From the IMG/VR virus record IMGVR_UViG_2744054912_000001: a stretch of DNA of 18,937 nucleotides; one strand, given 5' to 3'. Below, one piece after another: positions 1-8,642 of this stretch; positions within the stretch are counted from its first letter, which is position 1; every line of letters starts with the position of its first letter. A program made the translations under genes and the position numbers. Source of the DNA: a virus (lineage: Duplodnaviria; Heunggongvirae; Uroviricota; Caudoviricetes). Under the pieces are notes generated by a model that was given only the letters and a program-made list of their open reading frames with translations, did not search any database and was not told where the DNA came from.

Positions 1-190
1 GTTTAATTATATCGAATGTGATTACAATCGGTGGCGGCGGCACAGTTGGTGTGGCGGCCTCAGTCCGGAACAATTTGAAAACAAGAACCTCGCTTAGGCC
101 TGTGTCCATATTACGTGGGTAGGATCAAACTGCACAGGTTAACTATTTGCAGGAGTACATCAAGACACAGTGCCAGAAATGAATCTATAG

Positions 191-218
191 ATGACACTCC
201 ACGTTCGTATAAGATAAT
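191..218 (+). promoter_or_regulatory. Putative sigma70-type promoter for the AT-rich cargo gene (ATGACA -35 at 191-196, 16-bp spacer, GATAAT -10 at 213-218)
   Basis: Hexamers read directly from the sequence, about 35 bp upstream of the ATG at 255. No experimental support; AT-rich DNA yields promoter-like hexamers by chance. Confidence 0.3.
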
Positions 219-254
219 GCTAAATTACTATTAGCTTAATCACAGGAGACGGAC

Positions 255-1118
255 ATGGAAAGAGGTGTGGTATTTAGTGCATGCGAATTACTTAAAACCG
301 AGGATGGAAAAGGCATCCGTACAGGTAAATGGATTAGTCAATTAGAAATAAACTATCTATGTCTTTATTGGGATAAACTAGTTTCACCCACTAATAATAT
401 TATACATACAGCATTAAATAACGAGGATGAATTAGAAAAATGTGGATTGCTAACCAGACCTGTATATAGACATCATGGTTGTTTTGATGGCCAATATATG
501 GCTGATTTTTATGCTGAAACTCATGCCAAAACAATAGATATACTTAGGCATGCGGATTCTTCTGTCGATTGGCGCATGCATTTTTTAAGTGACCAAATAA
601 ACTTGGTGCCTGAATTATCTAGAACCTCAGAAGTGATACGTTTTGAGCTAGCAAATTTATTACCCGTTCCCACAGAAGATGTGCACCTACATGATATTCT
701 TGATTTCAAGGAAAGAAGAAAACCTGAATTAATCGCTTTACATGAATATCTTGATGAGCTTTACTTGGAAATAAAACGTTCTGGTGATATCAATCTTCAG
801 AAAGCAAAAGCTCTTTCTAATCTTAAACAAGCAATAAAGGATATTGAACGCTTAAATTGTGAAGTGTGGAAAAGTCCAATAAAATTTAGCATCTCTACTT
901 CCTTTGAGTTCGATTTTTCACAAATATTTAGTCTGGCGGGAACTGTTTTATCTATGTCAGTAGATTATCCTTATAATGTTATTGGAGGGGTAAGTAGTTT
1001 TGCTTATTTTTTGGGAGGATGCATAAAAATAAAGCCACAATTTCAACAAGTGTTATCATTAGGTAATGATAAATTAGTTTACATAAGCAAAGGAAAATCG
1101 GAGGGTATTATTTCCTGA
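255..1118 (+). CDS. Hypothetical protein of unknown function on a low-GC cargo island (candidate accessory or defence gene)
   Basis: 287-codon ORF with a strong RBS (AGGAG at 244-248, 6 nt before the ATG). A sampled 60-bp stretch is about 27% G+C versus about 62% in a sampled phage stretch. Codon usage is AT-biased and consistent across the ORF. I recognise no protein family. Confidence 0.6.
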   Translation: MERGVVFSACELLKTEDGKGIRTGKWISQLEINYLCLYWDKLVSPTNNIIHTALNNEDELEKCGLLTRPVYRHHGCFDGQYMADFYAETHAKTIDILRHADSSVDWRMHFLSDQINLVPELSRTSEVIRFELANLLPVPTEDVHLHDILDFKERRKPELIALHEYLDELYLEIKRSGDINLQKAKALSNLKQAIKDIERLNCEVWKSPIKFSISTSFEFDFSQIFSLAGTVLSMSVDYPYNVIGGVSSFAYFLGGCIKIKPQFQQVLSLGNDKLVYISKGKSEGIIS

Positions 1119-1137
1119 TTTTTGATTCTCATAATCA

Positions 1138-1545
1138 ATGAATGTTTTTTGTGAATATACTTATTTTAACCCTATAAATAATCAAGGTAATAAAGTGCCT
1201 CCTCGTATCCCGAAAGCCTGCCGTGCTCGAGGTTGCCGTAATACCACCACAGACCCGTCAGGCTACTGCGAAAGCCACAAAAGCGAAGGCTGGAAGCAAT
1301 ACAAGCCAGGCCAGTCCCGACACCAGCGCGGTTATGGTGCGAAATGGGATGTTATCCGTGAACGTGTGCTCAAGCGTGACAAAGGCCTGTGTCAGTTGTG
1401 TTTGCGTGCCGGTGTGGTGCGCGAGGCGAAAACCGTTGACCACATCATCCCTAAAGCACATGGCGGCACTGATGTCGACAGTAATCTGCAGAGTTTGTGC
1501 TGGCCGTGTCATAAGGCGAAGACGGCCCGTGAACGGCTGAAGTAA
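1138..1545 (+). CDS. Phage HNH endonuclease (HK97 gp74-like, packaging-associated)
   Basis: Translation has the HNH signature (C-x2-C ... DHIIPKAHGG ... N ... CWPCH). It sits immediately upstream of the terminase genes, as in HK97-like phages. The start is uncertain: the ATG at 1138 lies in the AT-rich island, and an in-frame GTG at 1195 with AAGG at 1184-1187 gives an N-terminus (VPPRIPKAC...) more typical of this family. Confidence 0.85.
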   Translation: MNVFCEYTYFNPINNQGNKVPPRIPKACRARGCRNTTTDPSGYCESHKSEGWKQYKPGQSRHQRGYGAKWDVIRERVLKRDKGLCQLCLRAGVVREAKTVDHIIPKAHGGTDVDSNLQSLCWPCHKAKTARERLK

Positions 1546-1670
1546 GAACCAGTTCCCACTGCCAGAGGGGAGGGGCGGGTCAAATCCCTGTGACCTGACG
1601 TCTTCCGGACTGCCCGCCCCATCGTTTTTTTATACCCGCGAAAAATGAAATTTAACCAGGAGTGCCGCAT
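1546..1670. other. Intergenic HNH/terS region with nested inverted repeats and a T7 run; probable cos/packaging-site region and/or intrinsic terminator
   Basis: GGGGCGGG (1572-1579) pairs with CCCGCCCC (1613-1620), followed by TTTTTTT at 1625-1631. Inner inverted repeat GGTCA (1578-1582) / TGACC (about 1593-1597). In HK97-like genomes cos lies between the HNH gene and terS (established knowledge). The exact cos nick sites cannot be determined here. Confidence 0.35.
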
Positions 1671-2165
1671 ATGGCTGGAACGGCGGGGCGTTCCGGGCGT
1701 CGCCCCAAGCCAACGGCGCGCAAGGCGCTGGCCGGAAACCCCGGCAAGCGAGCCCTGAATAAAGATGAACCTGTTTTTACGCCCATCAAAGGTGTTGAGC
1801 CACCGGAGTGGTTCGCTGAAGAAGATCTCCCTCTCGCCACGATCATGTGGCAACTGACAACTAAAGAACTCTGCGGTCAGGGCCTGCTGTGCGTGACTGA
1901 CCTCGCGGTGCTTGAGCGGTGGTGCGTGGCCTATGAGTTCTGGCGACGTGCCGTGAAAAATATTGCCAGACAGGGCAACACCATCACCGGTGCAATGGGC
2001 GGTATGGTCAAAAATCCGGAGCTGACCGCCAAAAAAGAACAGGAGTCCGAGATGAGCAGTACGGGGGCAATGCTCGGACTCGACCCCAGCAGCCGCCAGC
2101 GTCTGATTGGCCTGGCGGGGAAGAAGAAAGCCACTAACCCGTTTCTGAAAATCATCGAATCATGA
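1671..2165 (+). CDS. Terminase small subunit (P27 family)
   Basis: N-terminus [27 protein letters not shown] is typical of P27-family small terminases. AGGAG at 1658-1662 sits 8 nt before the ATG at 1671; the ORF track's 1662 start is an upstream in-frame GTG. Stop overlaps the terL start (ATGA). Confidence 0.85.
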   Translation: MAGTAGRSGRRPKPTARKALAGNPGKRALNKDEPVFTPIKGVEPPEWFAEEDLPLATIMWQLTTKELCGQGLLCVTDLAVLERWCVAYEFWRRAVKNIARQGNTITGAMGGMVKNPELTAKKEQESEMSSTGAMLGLDPSSRQRLIGLAGKKKATNPFLKIIES

Positions 2166-3895
2166 GCCGGAAATCTTACCCCAACGTAAATGCTGCCAAT
2201 CAGTATGCCCGGGATGTCGTGCGCGGAAAGATTGTGGCCTGCCAGTTTGTGATTCAGGCCTGCCAGCGCCATCTTGATGACCTGATGGCGGAAAAAAGTA
2301 AGTCGTTTCGTTACCGCTTCGACAAGGACCTGGCTGAACGGGCCGCCAAATTTATTCAGCTGTTGCCGCACACCAAGGGTGAGTGGGCATTTAAGAGGAT
2401 GCCCATCACGCTGGAGCCGTGGCAGCTCTTTGTGATCTGCTGCGCGTTTGGCTGGGTCAATAAAGGCTCCCGGCTGCGCCGCTTCCGGGAGGTGTATACC
2501 GAAATCCCCCGTAAGAACGGCAAATCGGCAATCTCTGCCGGTGTTGCCCTGTATTGTTTTGCCTGTGATAACGAGTTCGGCGCGGAAGTGTATTCCGGTG
2601 CCACGACAGAGAAACAGGCATGGGAAGTCTTTCGCCCGGCGCGACTGATGTGTAAACGCACACCCATGCTGACGGAAGCGTTCGGGATTGAGGTTAACGC
2701 CTCAAACATGAACCGTCCGGAGGATGGTGCGCGGTTTGAACCGCTGATCGGTAACCCCGGTGATGGTTCATCACCCCACTGTGCCGTGGTGGATGAATAT
2801 CACGAGCACGCCACAGATGCGCTTTACACCACGATGCTTACCGGGATGGGGGCGCGACGTCAGCCACTGATGTGGGCTATCACCACTGCCGGGTACAACA
2901 TTGAGGGACCGTGCTACGACAAGCGGCGGGAAGTCATCGAGATGCTCAACGGCTCGGTGCCTAACGATGAACTGTTCGGGATCATCTATACCGTTGATGA
3001 AGGTGACGACTGGACCGACCCGCAGGTGCTGGAAAAAGCCAATCCAAATATTGGCGTGTCGGTTTATCGCGAATTTTTGTTAAGTCAGCAGCAGCGTGCG
3101 AAAAATAACGCCCGTCTGGCAAACGTCTTTAAAACAAAACACCTCAATATCTGGGTGTCGGCGCGTTCGGCGTATTTCAACCTGGTGAGCTGGCAGAGCT
3201 GCGAGGATAAATCACTGACCCTTGAGCAGTTCGAGGGGCAGCCGTGCATTCTGGCCTTTGACCTGGCGCGTAAGCTGGATATGAACAGCATGGCGCGACT
3301 TTATACCCGCGAGATTGACGGTAAAACGCATTACTACAGTGTAGCCCCGCGTTTCTGGGTACCGTATGACACGGTGTACAGCGTCGAGAAAAATGAAGAT
3401 CGACGGACAGCCGAACGCTTTCAGAAATGGGTGGAAATGGGCGTTCTGACCGTTACCGATGGTGCGGAGGTGGATTATCGCTACATCCTCGAGGAGGCCA
3501 AAGCGGCGAACAAAATCAGCCCGGTCAGTGAGTCACCCATCGACCCCTTCGGGGCGACCGGGCTGTCGCATGACCTTGCTGATGAAGACCTGAACCCCAT
3601 CACCATCATTCAGAACTACACCAACATGTCCGATCCGATGAAAGAGCTGGAAGCGGCGATTGAATCGGGGCGCTTTCATCATGACGGCAATCCCATCATG
3701 ACCTGGTGTATCGGCAACGTGGTCGGCAAAACCATTCCGGGTAACGATGATGTGGTGAAGCCTGTCAAGGAGCAGGCGGAAAACAAAATCGATGGTGCAG
3801 TTGCGCTGATTATGGCGGTTGGCAGAGCCATGCTGTACGAGAAAGAAGACACGCTGTCTGACCACATTGAGTCCTATGGGATCCGCTCGCTTTAA
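2162..3895 (+). CDS. Terminase large subunit
   Basis: 577 aa, translationally coupled to terS, with length and sequence character of HK97-type large terminases (ATPase N-domain, nuclease C-domain), placed between terS and portal. Confidence 0.93.
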
Positions 3896-3906
3896 CTGAG
3901 GTAATT

Positions 3907-4089
3907 ATGATCATGCTGATTCTCGCGCCTCTGGTGGGCGTGCTGGGGGCGCTTTTGCTGGCGTATGGTGCCTGGCTGATTTATCCCCCGGCGGGGTTTG
4001 TTGTTGCCGGGGCGTTGTGCCTGTTCTGGTCGTGGCTGGTGGCGCGATATCTCGACCGTACACAGTCGTCTGTCGGCGGAGGTAAATAG
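3907..4089 (+). CDS. Small hydrophobic protein (two predicted transmembrane segments), unknown function
   Basis: 60 aa; GAGG RBS 7 nt upstream of the ATG. Two hydrophobic stretches ([22 protein letters not shown] and [17 protein letters not shown]). Its stop overlaps the portal GTG start by 1 nt. Same GC content as neighbours. Confidence 0.5.
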
Positions 4090-5330
4090 TGTTCTTTTCG
4101 GGATTATTTCAACGAAAAAGCGACGCACCGGTGACCACGCCAGCAGAGCTGGCGGATGCCATCGGGTTGTCCTACGACACCTATACCGGAAAGCAGATCA
4201 GCAGCCAGCGGGCCATGCGACTGACGGCGGTTTTTTCCTGTGTCAGGGTGCTGGCAGAGTCGGTCGGGATGTTGCCCTGCAATCTGTATCACCTGAACGG
4301 CAGCCTGAAACAGAGAGCCACCGGCGAGCGTCTGCATAAGCTGATCTCCACGCATCCCAATGGCTATATGACGCCGCAGGAGTTCTGGGAGCTGGTGGTC
4401 ACCTGTCTGTGCCTGCGGGGAAACTTTTACGCCTACAAAGTGAAAGCATTTGGCGAAGTGGCTGAACTGCTGCCCGTCGATCCCGGCTGTGTGGTACCGA
4501 AGCTTAACAGTAGCTGGGAGCCGGTCTATCAGGTCACATTCCCGGATGGCTCCACGGATGTACTGAGCCAGGAGGATATCTGGCATGTGCGCACGCTGAC
4601 GCTGGACGGACTGGTGGGGCTGAATCCCATCGCCTATGCCCGCGAGGCAATATCGCTGGCGGCAGCGACCGAAGAGCACGGGGCCAGACTGTTCAGCAAT
4701 GGCGCGGTGACGTCGGGTGTGTTGCGTACAGAGCAGACGCTGTCAGATCAGGCTTATGAGCGCCTGAAGAAAGATTTTGAGGAGCGTCACACCGGGCTTG
4801 GCAATGCTCACCGCCCGATGATCCTTGAGATGGGGCTGGACTGGAAGTCGATGGCGCTGAACGCCGAGGACAGCCAGTTCCTGGAAACCCGCAAGTTTCA
4901 GCTTGAAGAAATCTGTCGTCTGTTCCGGGTGCCGTTGCACATGGTGCAGAACACCGATCGCGCCACCTTCAACAATATCGAAGAGCTGGGGCTGGGATTT
5001 ATCAACTATTCACTGGTGCCGTATCTGACCCGCATCGAACAGCGGATCAACACCGGACTGGTACGAAAAAGTAAGCAGGGCGTTTATTACGCCAAATTTA
5101 ACGCCGGGGCGTTACTGCGCGGGGATATGAAGTCCCGTTTTGAAGCCTACGCCACCGGGATCAACTGGGGAATTTACTCTCCCAATGACTGCCGCGACCT
5201 GGAAGATATGAATCCGCGTCCCGGTGGTGATGTCTATCTCACACCGATGAACATGACCACGAAACCCTCCGATGGCAGTAAAGCCGGTAAGCAGAAGGAT
5301 AACGCCAATGCAGACGAAACAACGTCTTGA
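4089..5330 (+). CDS. Portal protein (HK97 family)
   Basis: 413 aa. GTG start with GGAGG at 4077-4081. Position between large terminase and prohead protease, and sequence character typical of HK97-family portals. Confidence 0.93.
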   Translation: MFFSGLFQRKSDAPVTTPAELADAIGLSYDTYTGKQISSQRAMRLTAVFSCVRVLAESVGMLPCNLYHLNGSLKQRATGERLHKLISTHPNGYMTPQEFWELVVTCLCLRGNFYAYKVKAFGEVAELLPVDPGCVVPKLNSSWEPVYQVTFPDGSTDVLSQEDIWHVRTLTLDGLVGLNPIAYAREAISLAAATEEHGARLFSNGAVTSGVLRTEQTLSDQAYERLKKDFEERHTGLGNAHRPMILEMGLDWKSMALNAEDSQFLETRKFQLEEICRLFRVPLHMVQNTDRATFNNIEELGLGFINYSLVPYLTRIEQRINTGLVRKSKQGVYYAKFNAGALLRGDMKSRFEAYATGINWGIYSPNDCRDLEDMNPRPGGDVYLTPMNMTTKPSDGSKAGKQKDNANADETTS

Positions 5331-5958
5331 TGTACCGCTGAGTCTGAAATCTGTCAGTGACTCCGGTGAGTTTGAAGGGTATGGCTCCGTCTTTGGTGTA
5401 AAGGACAGCCACGATGATGTGGTGATGTCCGGGGCATTTGCTGCTTCCCTGCGGGCGTGGAGTGACAGAAAAGCGTTACCTGCGCTGCTCTGGCAGCACC
5501 GCATGGATGAGCCCATCGGTGTTTACACCGAAATGAAGGAAGACGATGTCGGGCTTTACGTCAGGGGGCGGTTGCTCATTGATGATGATCCCCTGGCAAA
5601 ACGCGCACATGCACACATGAAGGCCGGTTCGTTAACCGGCCTTTCTATTGGGTACGTCCTGAAGGACTGGGAATACGACCGGACGAAAGAAGCCTTTCTG
5701 CTGAAAGAAATCGACCTCTGGGAAGTCAGTCTGGTGACGTTTCCGTCTAACGACGAGGCGCGGATCAGCGACGTCAAGAACGCGCTGGCCCGCGGGGAAA
5801 TCCCCGAACAGAAAAAAATCGAAAGAGTCCTGCGTGATGTCGGACTCTCCCGTACCCAGGCCAAAGCATTCATGGCCGGGGGCTATGGCGCACTGTCCCT
5901 GCGCGACGCTGAGGATGTGGGCTCTGCACTGAATGCACTGAAAAATCTGAACTTCTAA
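5308..5958 (+). CDS. Prohead maturation protease (HK97 family)
   Basis: Translation (MQTKQRLDVPLSLKSVSDSGEFEGYGSVFGVKDSHDDVV...) matches the HK97 prohead protease family. I chose the ATG at 5308 (AAGGA at 5295-5299) over the ORF-track start at 5272. Confidence 0.88.
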   Translation: MQTKQRLDVPLSLKSVSDSGEFEGYGSVFGVKDSHDDVVMSGAFAASLRAWSDRKALPALLWQHRMDEPIGVYTEMKEDDVGLYVRGRLLIDDDPLAKRAHAHMKAGSLTGLSIGYVLKDWEYDRTKEAFLLKEIDLWEVSLVTFPSNDEARISDVKNALARGEIPEQKKIERVLRDVGLSRTQAKAFMAGGYGALSLRDAEDVGSALNALKNLNF

Positions 5959-5972
5959 TCAGGAGAAATACG

Positions 5973-7178
5973 ATGGCGGTAGATATTAAAGATGTCGAAC
6001 AGGTCGCGCAGGAGCTGCAGCAGAAGTTTGACGACTTCAAAGCAAAGAACGACAAGCGCGTGGATGCGATTGAGCAGGAAAAAGGCAAGCTTGCCGGGCA
6101 GGTGGAAACCCTGAACGGAAAACTCAGCGAGCTGGAAAATCTCAAAAGCGACCTTGAAAAAGAGCTGCTTGAGCTGAAACGTCCGGCAGGTGGTGCGCAA
6201 AATAAACTGGCCACCGAGCATAAAGAGGCGTTTGTGGGCTTCCTGCGTAAAGGCCGTGAAGACGGTCTGCGCGATCTGGAGCGTAAGGCATTGCAGGTGG
6301 GCACCGATGAAGACGGTGGCTACGCCGTGCCGGAAGAACTGGATCGCAACATTCTTAACCTGCTGAAAGATGAAGTGGTGATGCGTCAGGAAGCCACGGT
6401 GATCACCGTTGGTGGTTCCGACTACAAAAAACTGGTGAATCTGGGCGGCACGGCTTCCGGATGGGTTGGCGAGACTGACGCGCGCTCCCAGACTGCCACC
6501 TCAAAACTGGGGCTGATTGAACCTTTCATGGGGGAAATCTACGGTAACCCGCAGGCCACCCAGAAAATGCTGGATGATGCCTTTTTCAACGTGGAGGCCT
6601 GGATCAACAGCGAGCTGGCAACCGAATTTGCCGAACAGGAAGAAATTGCCTTTACCACCGGCGATGGTACCAAGAAGCCGAAAGGGTTCCTGGCGTATGA
6701 ATCCACGGATGAAACCGATAAGGTCCGGGCGTTCGGCAAACTTCAGCATATTGTATCCGGCGACGCGACTGCGGTGACCGCAGACGCCATTATCAAACTG
6801 ATTTACACGCTGCGAAAGGCACACCGCACTGGCGCGAAGTTCATGATGAACAACAACAGCCTGTTTGCCATCCGTCTGCTGAAAGACACCGAGGGTAACT
6901 ATCTGTGGCGTCCGGGGCTGGAACTGGGGCAGCCGTCCTCTCTGGCGGGTTACGGTATCGCTGAAAACGAACAGATGCCGGATATCGCCGCTGATGCGAA
7001 AGCCATTGCATTTGGTAACTTCAAACGGGGTTACACCATCGTTGACCGTATCGGCACCCGCATTCTGCGTGACCCGTACACCAATAAACCGTTTGTCGGT
7101 TTTTATACCACCAAGCGCACCGGCGGGATGCTGGTCGATTCGCAGGCCATCAAACTGCTGAAGATTGCAGCGGCGTAA
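5973..7178 (+). CDS. Major capsid protein (HK97 family) with N-terminal delta/scaffold domain
   Basis: 401 aa. The first ~100 aa form a coiled-coil-like charged region (delta domain), followed by a region typical of the HK97 capsid fold. AGGAG RBS. Located directly after the protease gene. Confidence 0.93.
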   Translation: MAVDIKDVEQVAQELQQKFDDFKAKNDKRVDAIEQEKGKLAGQVETLNGKLSELENLKSDLEKELLELKRPAGGAQNKLATEHKEAFVGFLRKGREDGLRDLERKALQVGTDEDGGYAVPEELDRNILNLLKDEVVMRQEATVITVGGSDYKKLVNLGGTASGWVGETDARSQTATSKLGLIEPFMGEIYGNPQATQKMLDDAFFNVEAWINSELATEFAEQEEIAFTTGDGTKKPKGFLAYESTDETDKVRAFGKLQHIVSGDATAVTADAIIKLIYTLRKAHRTGAKFMMNNNSLFAIRLLKDTEGNYLWRPGLELGQPSSLAGYGIAENEQMPDIAADAKAIAFGNFKRGYTIVDRIGTRILRDPYTNKPFVGFYTTKRTGGMLVDSQAIKLLKIAAA

Positions 7179-7185
7179 TCACTCA

Positions 7186-7213
7186 GGGGCGCGGAACCGC
7201 GCCCCCTGTTCTG
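7186..7213 (+). terminator. GC-rich hairpin after the capsid gene (possible attenuating terminator)
   Basis: GGGGCGCG (7186-7193), 4-nt loop, CGCGCCCC (7198-7205), followed by a weak T-containing tract (CTGTTCTG). The poor U-tract suggests a partial terminator or an RNA-stabilising hairpin. Confidence 0.35.
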
Positions 7214-7227
7214 ACGGGTGAAGAATC

Positions 7228-7428
7228 ATGATCCTGAAACAAGATCTGAAATGGTCACCGGACGGTATGCGTGTTGAGGTCATTCGGGCCGGTGAGTATG
7301 ACGACGGGGCGCTTCCTGCCCGGGTGCAGGAGATTGCACTTCAGGCCGGGTTAGCAGAGCGCGGAACCAGTGCAAAAAGCAGTAAAGCGGCAAAAGAGAA
7401 AAAAGCCACGACCAGTAAAGAGGGCTGA
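7228..7428 (+). CDS. Small hypothetical protein with Lys/Ser-rich C-terminal tail
   Basis: 66-aa ORF in the operon orientation between the capsid and connector genes. No recognised family. Weak RBS. Confidence 0.45.
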   Translation: MILKQDLKWSPDGMRVEVIRAGEYDDGALPARVQEIALQAGLAERGTSAKSSKAAKEKKATTSKEG

Positions 7429-7430
7429 GT

Positions 7431-7754
7431 ATGCTTCTGACAATGGAAGAGATTAAAGCCCAACTCCGGCTGGATGAGGATTTCGATGCTGATGACCGCC
7501 ATCTGCAACTGCTGGCCTGTGCGGCGCAAAAGCGGACGGAAACGTATCTGAACCGGAAGCTCTATGCACCGGATGAAACCATTCCGGACAGCGATCCGGA
7601 CGGGCTGCACCTGTCGGATGATATTCGTCTGGGGATGCTGATGCTTATCAGCCATTTTTACGAAAACCGCTCTTCGGTTACGGAAGTGGAGAAACTCGAC
7701 ATGCCGCAGAGTTTTGGCTGGCTTGTCGGCCCGTACAGGTACTTTCCGCAATGA
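7431..7754 (+). CDS. Head-tail connector protein (gp6-like, DNA-packaging/head completion)
   Basis: 107 aa; N-terminus (LTMEEIKAQLRLDEDFDADD...) is typical of the phage gp6-like head-tail connector family. Stop overlaps the next start (ATGA). Confidence 0.8.
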   Translation: MLLTMEEIKAQLRLDEDFDADDRHLQLLACAAQKRTETYLNRKLYAPDETIPDSDPDGLHLSDDIRLGMLMLISHFYENRSSVTEVEKLDMPQSFGWLVGPYRYFPQ

Positions 7755-8161
7755 AAATTCGTCAGGCGCAGACCAGCGCAACCTACATTCTGCCGGACCC
7801 CGGCGAACTGAATAAACGCGTCCTGATCCGCCAGCGGGTGGATATGCCCGCGGATAACTTTGGCGTGGAGCCTCAATACCCGGTTGCGTTCCGGACATGG
7901 GCGAAGGTTATCCAGACCAGTGCCACCACCTGGCAGGAAACCGCGCAGACCGGGGACGCCATCACCCATTACATCACCATTCGTTACCGCCGGGGGATCA
8001 CCGCTGATTATGAGGTGGTCTGCGGTGACAGTGTGTACCGGGTGAAACGTCAGCGCGATCTGAACGGGTCGCGGCGCTTTCTGCTGCTGGAGTGTACGGA
8101 GCTGGGCGAATGTAGGCAGAGTCACGGAGGCAGCAATGGCGACTCCCTTTTTTCACGTTGA
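7751..8161 (+). CDS. Head-tail adaptor / head closure protein
   Basis: 136 aa, position and size typical of the head closure family following the gp6-like gene. Translationally coupled on both sides. Confidence 0.75.
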   Translation: MKIRQAQTSATYILPDPGELNKRVLIRQRVDMPADNFGVEPQYPVAFRTWAKVIQTSATTWQETAQTGDAITHYITIRYRRGITADYEVVCGDSVYRVKRQRDLNGSRRFLLLECTELGECRQSHGGSNGDSLFSR

Positions 8162-8642
8162 TGTTCAGCAGCCCGCCGAGATGCGCTTTAACCGCGCCCG
8201 TGTCCGGCGGGCGTTTGTCACGATTGGGCAGCGTCATATGCGTGATGCCCGTCGGCTGGTGATGCGCCGTGCGCGGTCGGCACCGGGTGAAAACCCCGGT
8301 TATCAGACCGGACGCCTGGCTCGTTCGATTGGTTATATGGTGCCGAGAGCCAGTAAAAAGCGAGCCGGTTTTATGACACGCATTGCCCCTAACCAGCGCA
8401 ACGGGAAGGGGAACCGGATGATCTCTGGTGACTTCTATCCGGCGTTTCTGTTTTTTGGTGTCCGGGGAGGAGCAAAACGTCGTCGTAGTCATCATCGTGG
8501 TGCATCCGGTGGCAGCGGCTGGCGACTGGCTCCACGTAATAACTTCATGGTGGAAACTCTTGAAAAGAACCGCAGCTGGACACGCTATTTTCTGGCGCGG
8601 GAATTGCGTAAATCACTGAAGCCGGAGCGACGACACAGATGA
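8136..8642 (+). CDS. HK97 gp10-like tail/neck component protein
   Basis: 168 aa. GGAGG at 8126-8130, 5 nt before the ATG. Basic, Arg-rich protein in the position occupied by gp10-family proteins in HK97-type head-tail joining modules. Confidence 0.7.
   Translation: MATPFFHVDVQQPAEMRFNRARVRRAFVTIGQRHMRDARRLVMRRARSAPGENPGYQTGRLARSIGYMVPRASKKRAGFMTRIAPNQRNGKGNRMISGDFYPAFLFFGVRGGAKRRRSHHRGASGGSGWRLAPRNNFMVETLEKNRSWTRYFLARELRKSLKPERRHR

Noticed and set aside
1-200. Possible 3' end of an upstream gene, or an attachment site or tRNA, at the window start
   Set aside because: No extended open frame ends here on either strand, and I see no tRNA-like cloverleaf or direct repeat; too little sequence to decide.
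521-709. 62-aa reverse-strand ORF inside the AT-rich cargo gene
   Set aside because: It is short, has no RBS and is fully embedded antisense to the better-supported 287-codon ORF.
255-1118. HEPN-like R-x4-H motif (RPVYRH) in the cargo protein
   Set aside because: A six-residue pattern occurs by chance far too often; without a structure or profile match it is not evidence of a nuclease domain.
1223-1540. Alternative-frame + strand ORF (105 aa) inside the HNH gene
   Set aside because: It overlaps the frame carrying the HNH motif, and its translation is low-complexity with no recognisable features.
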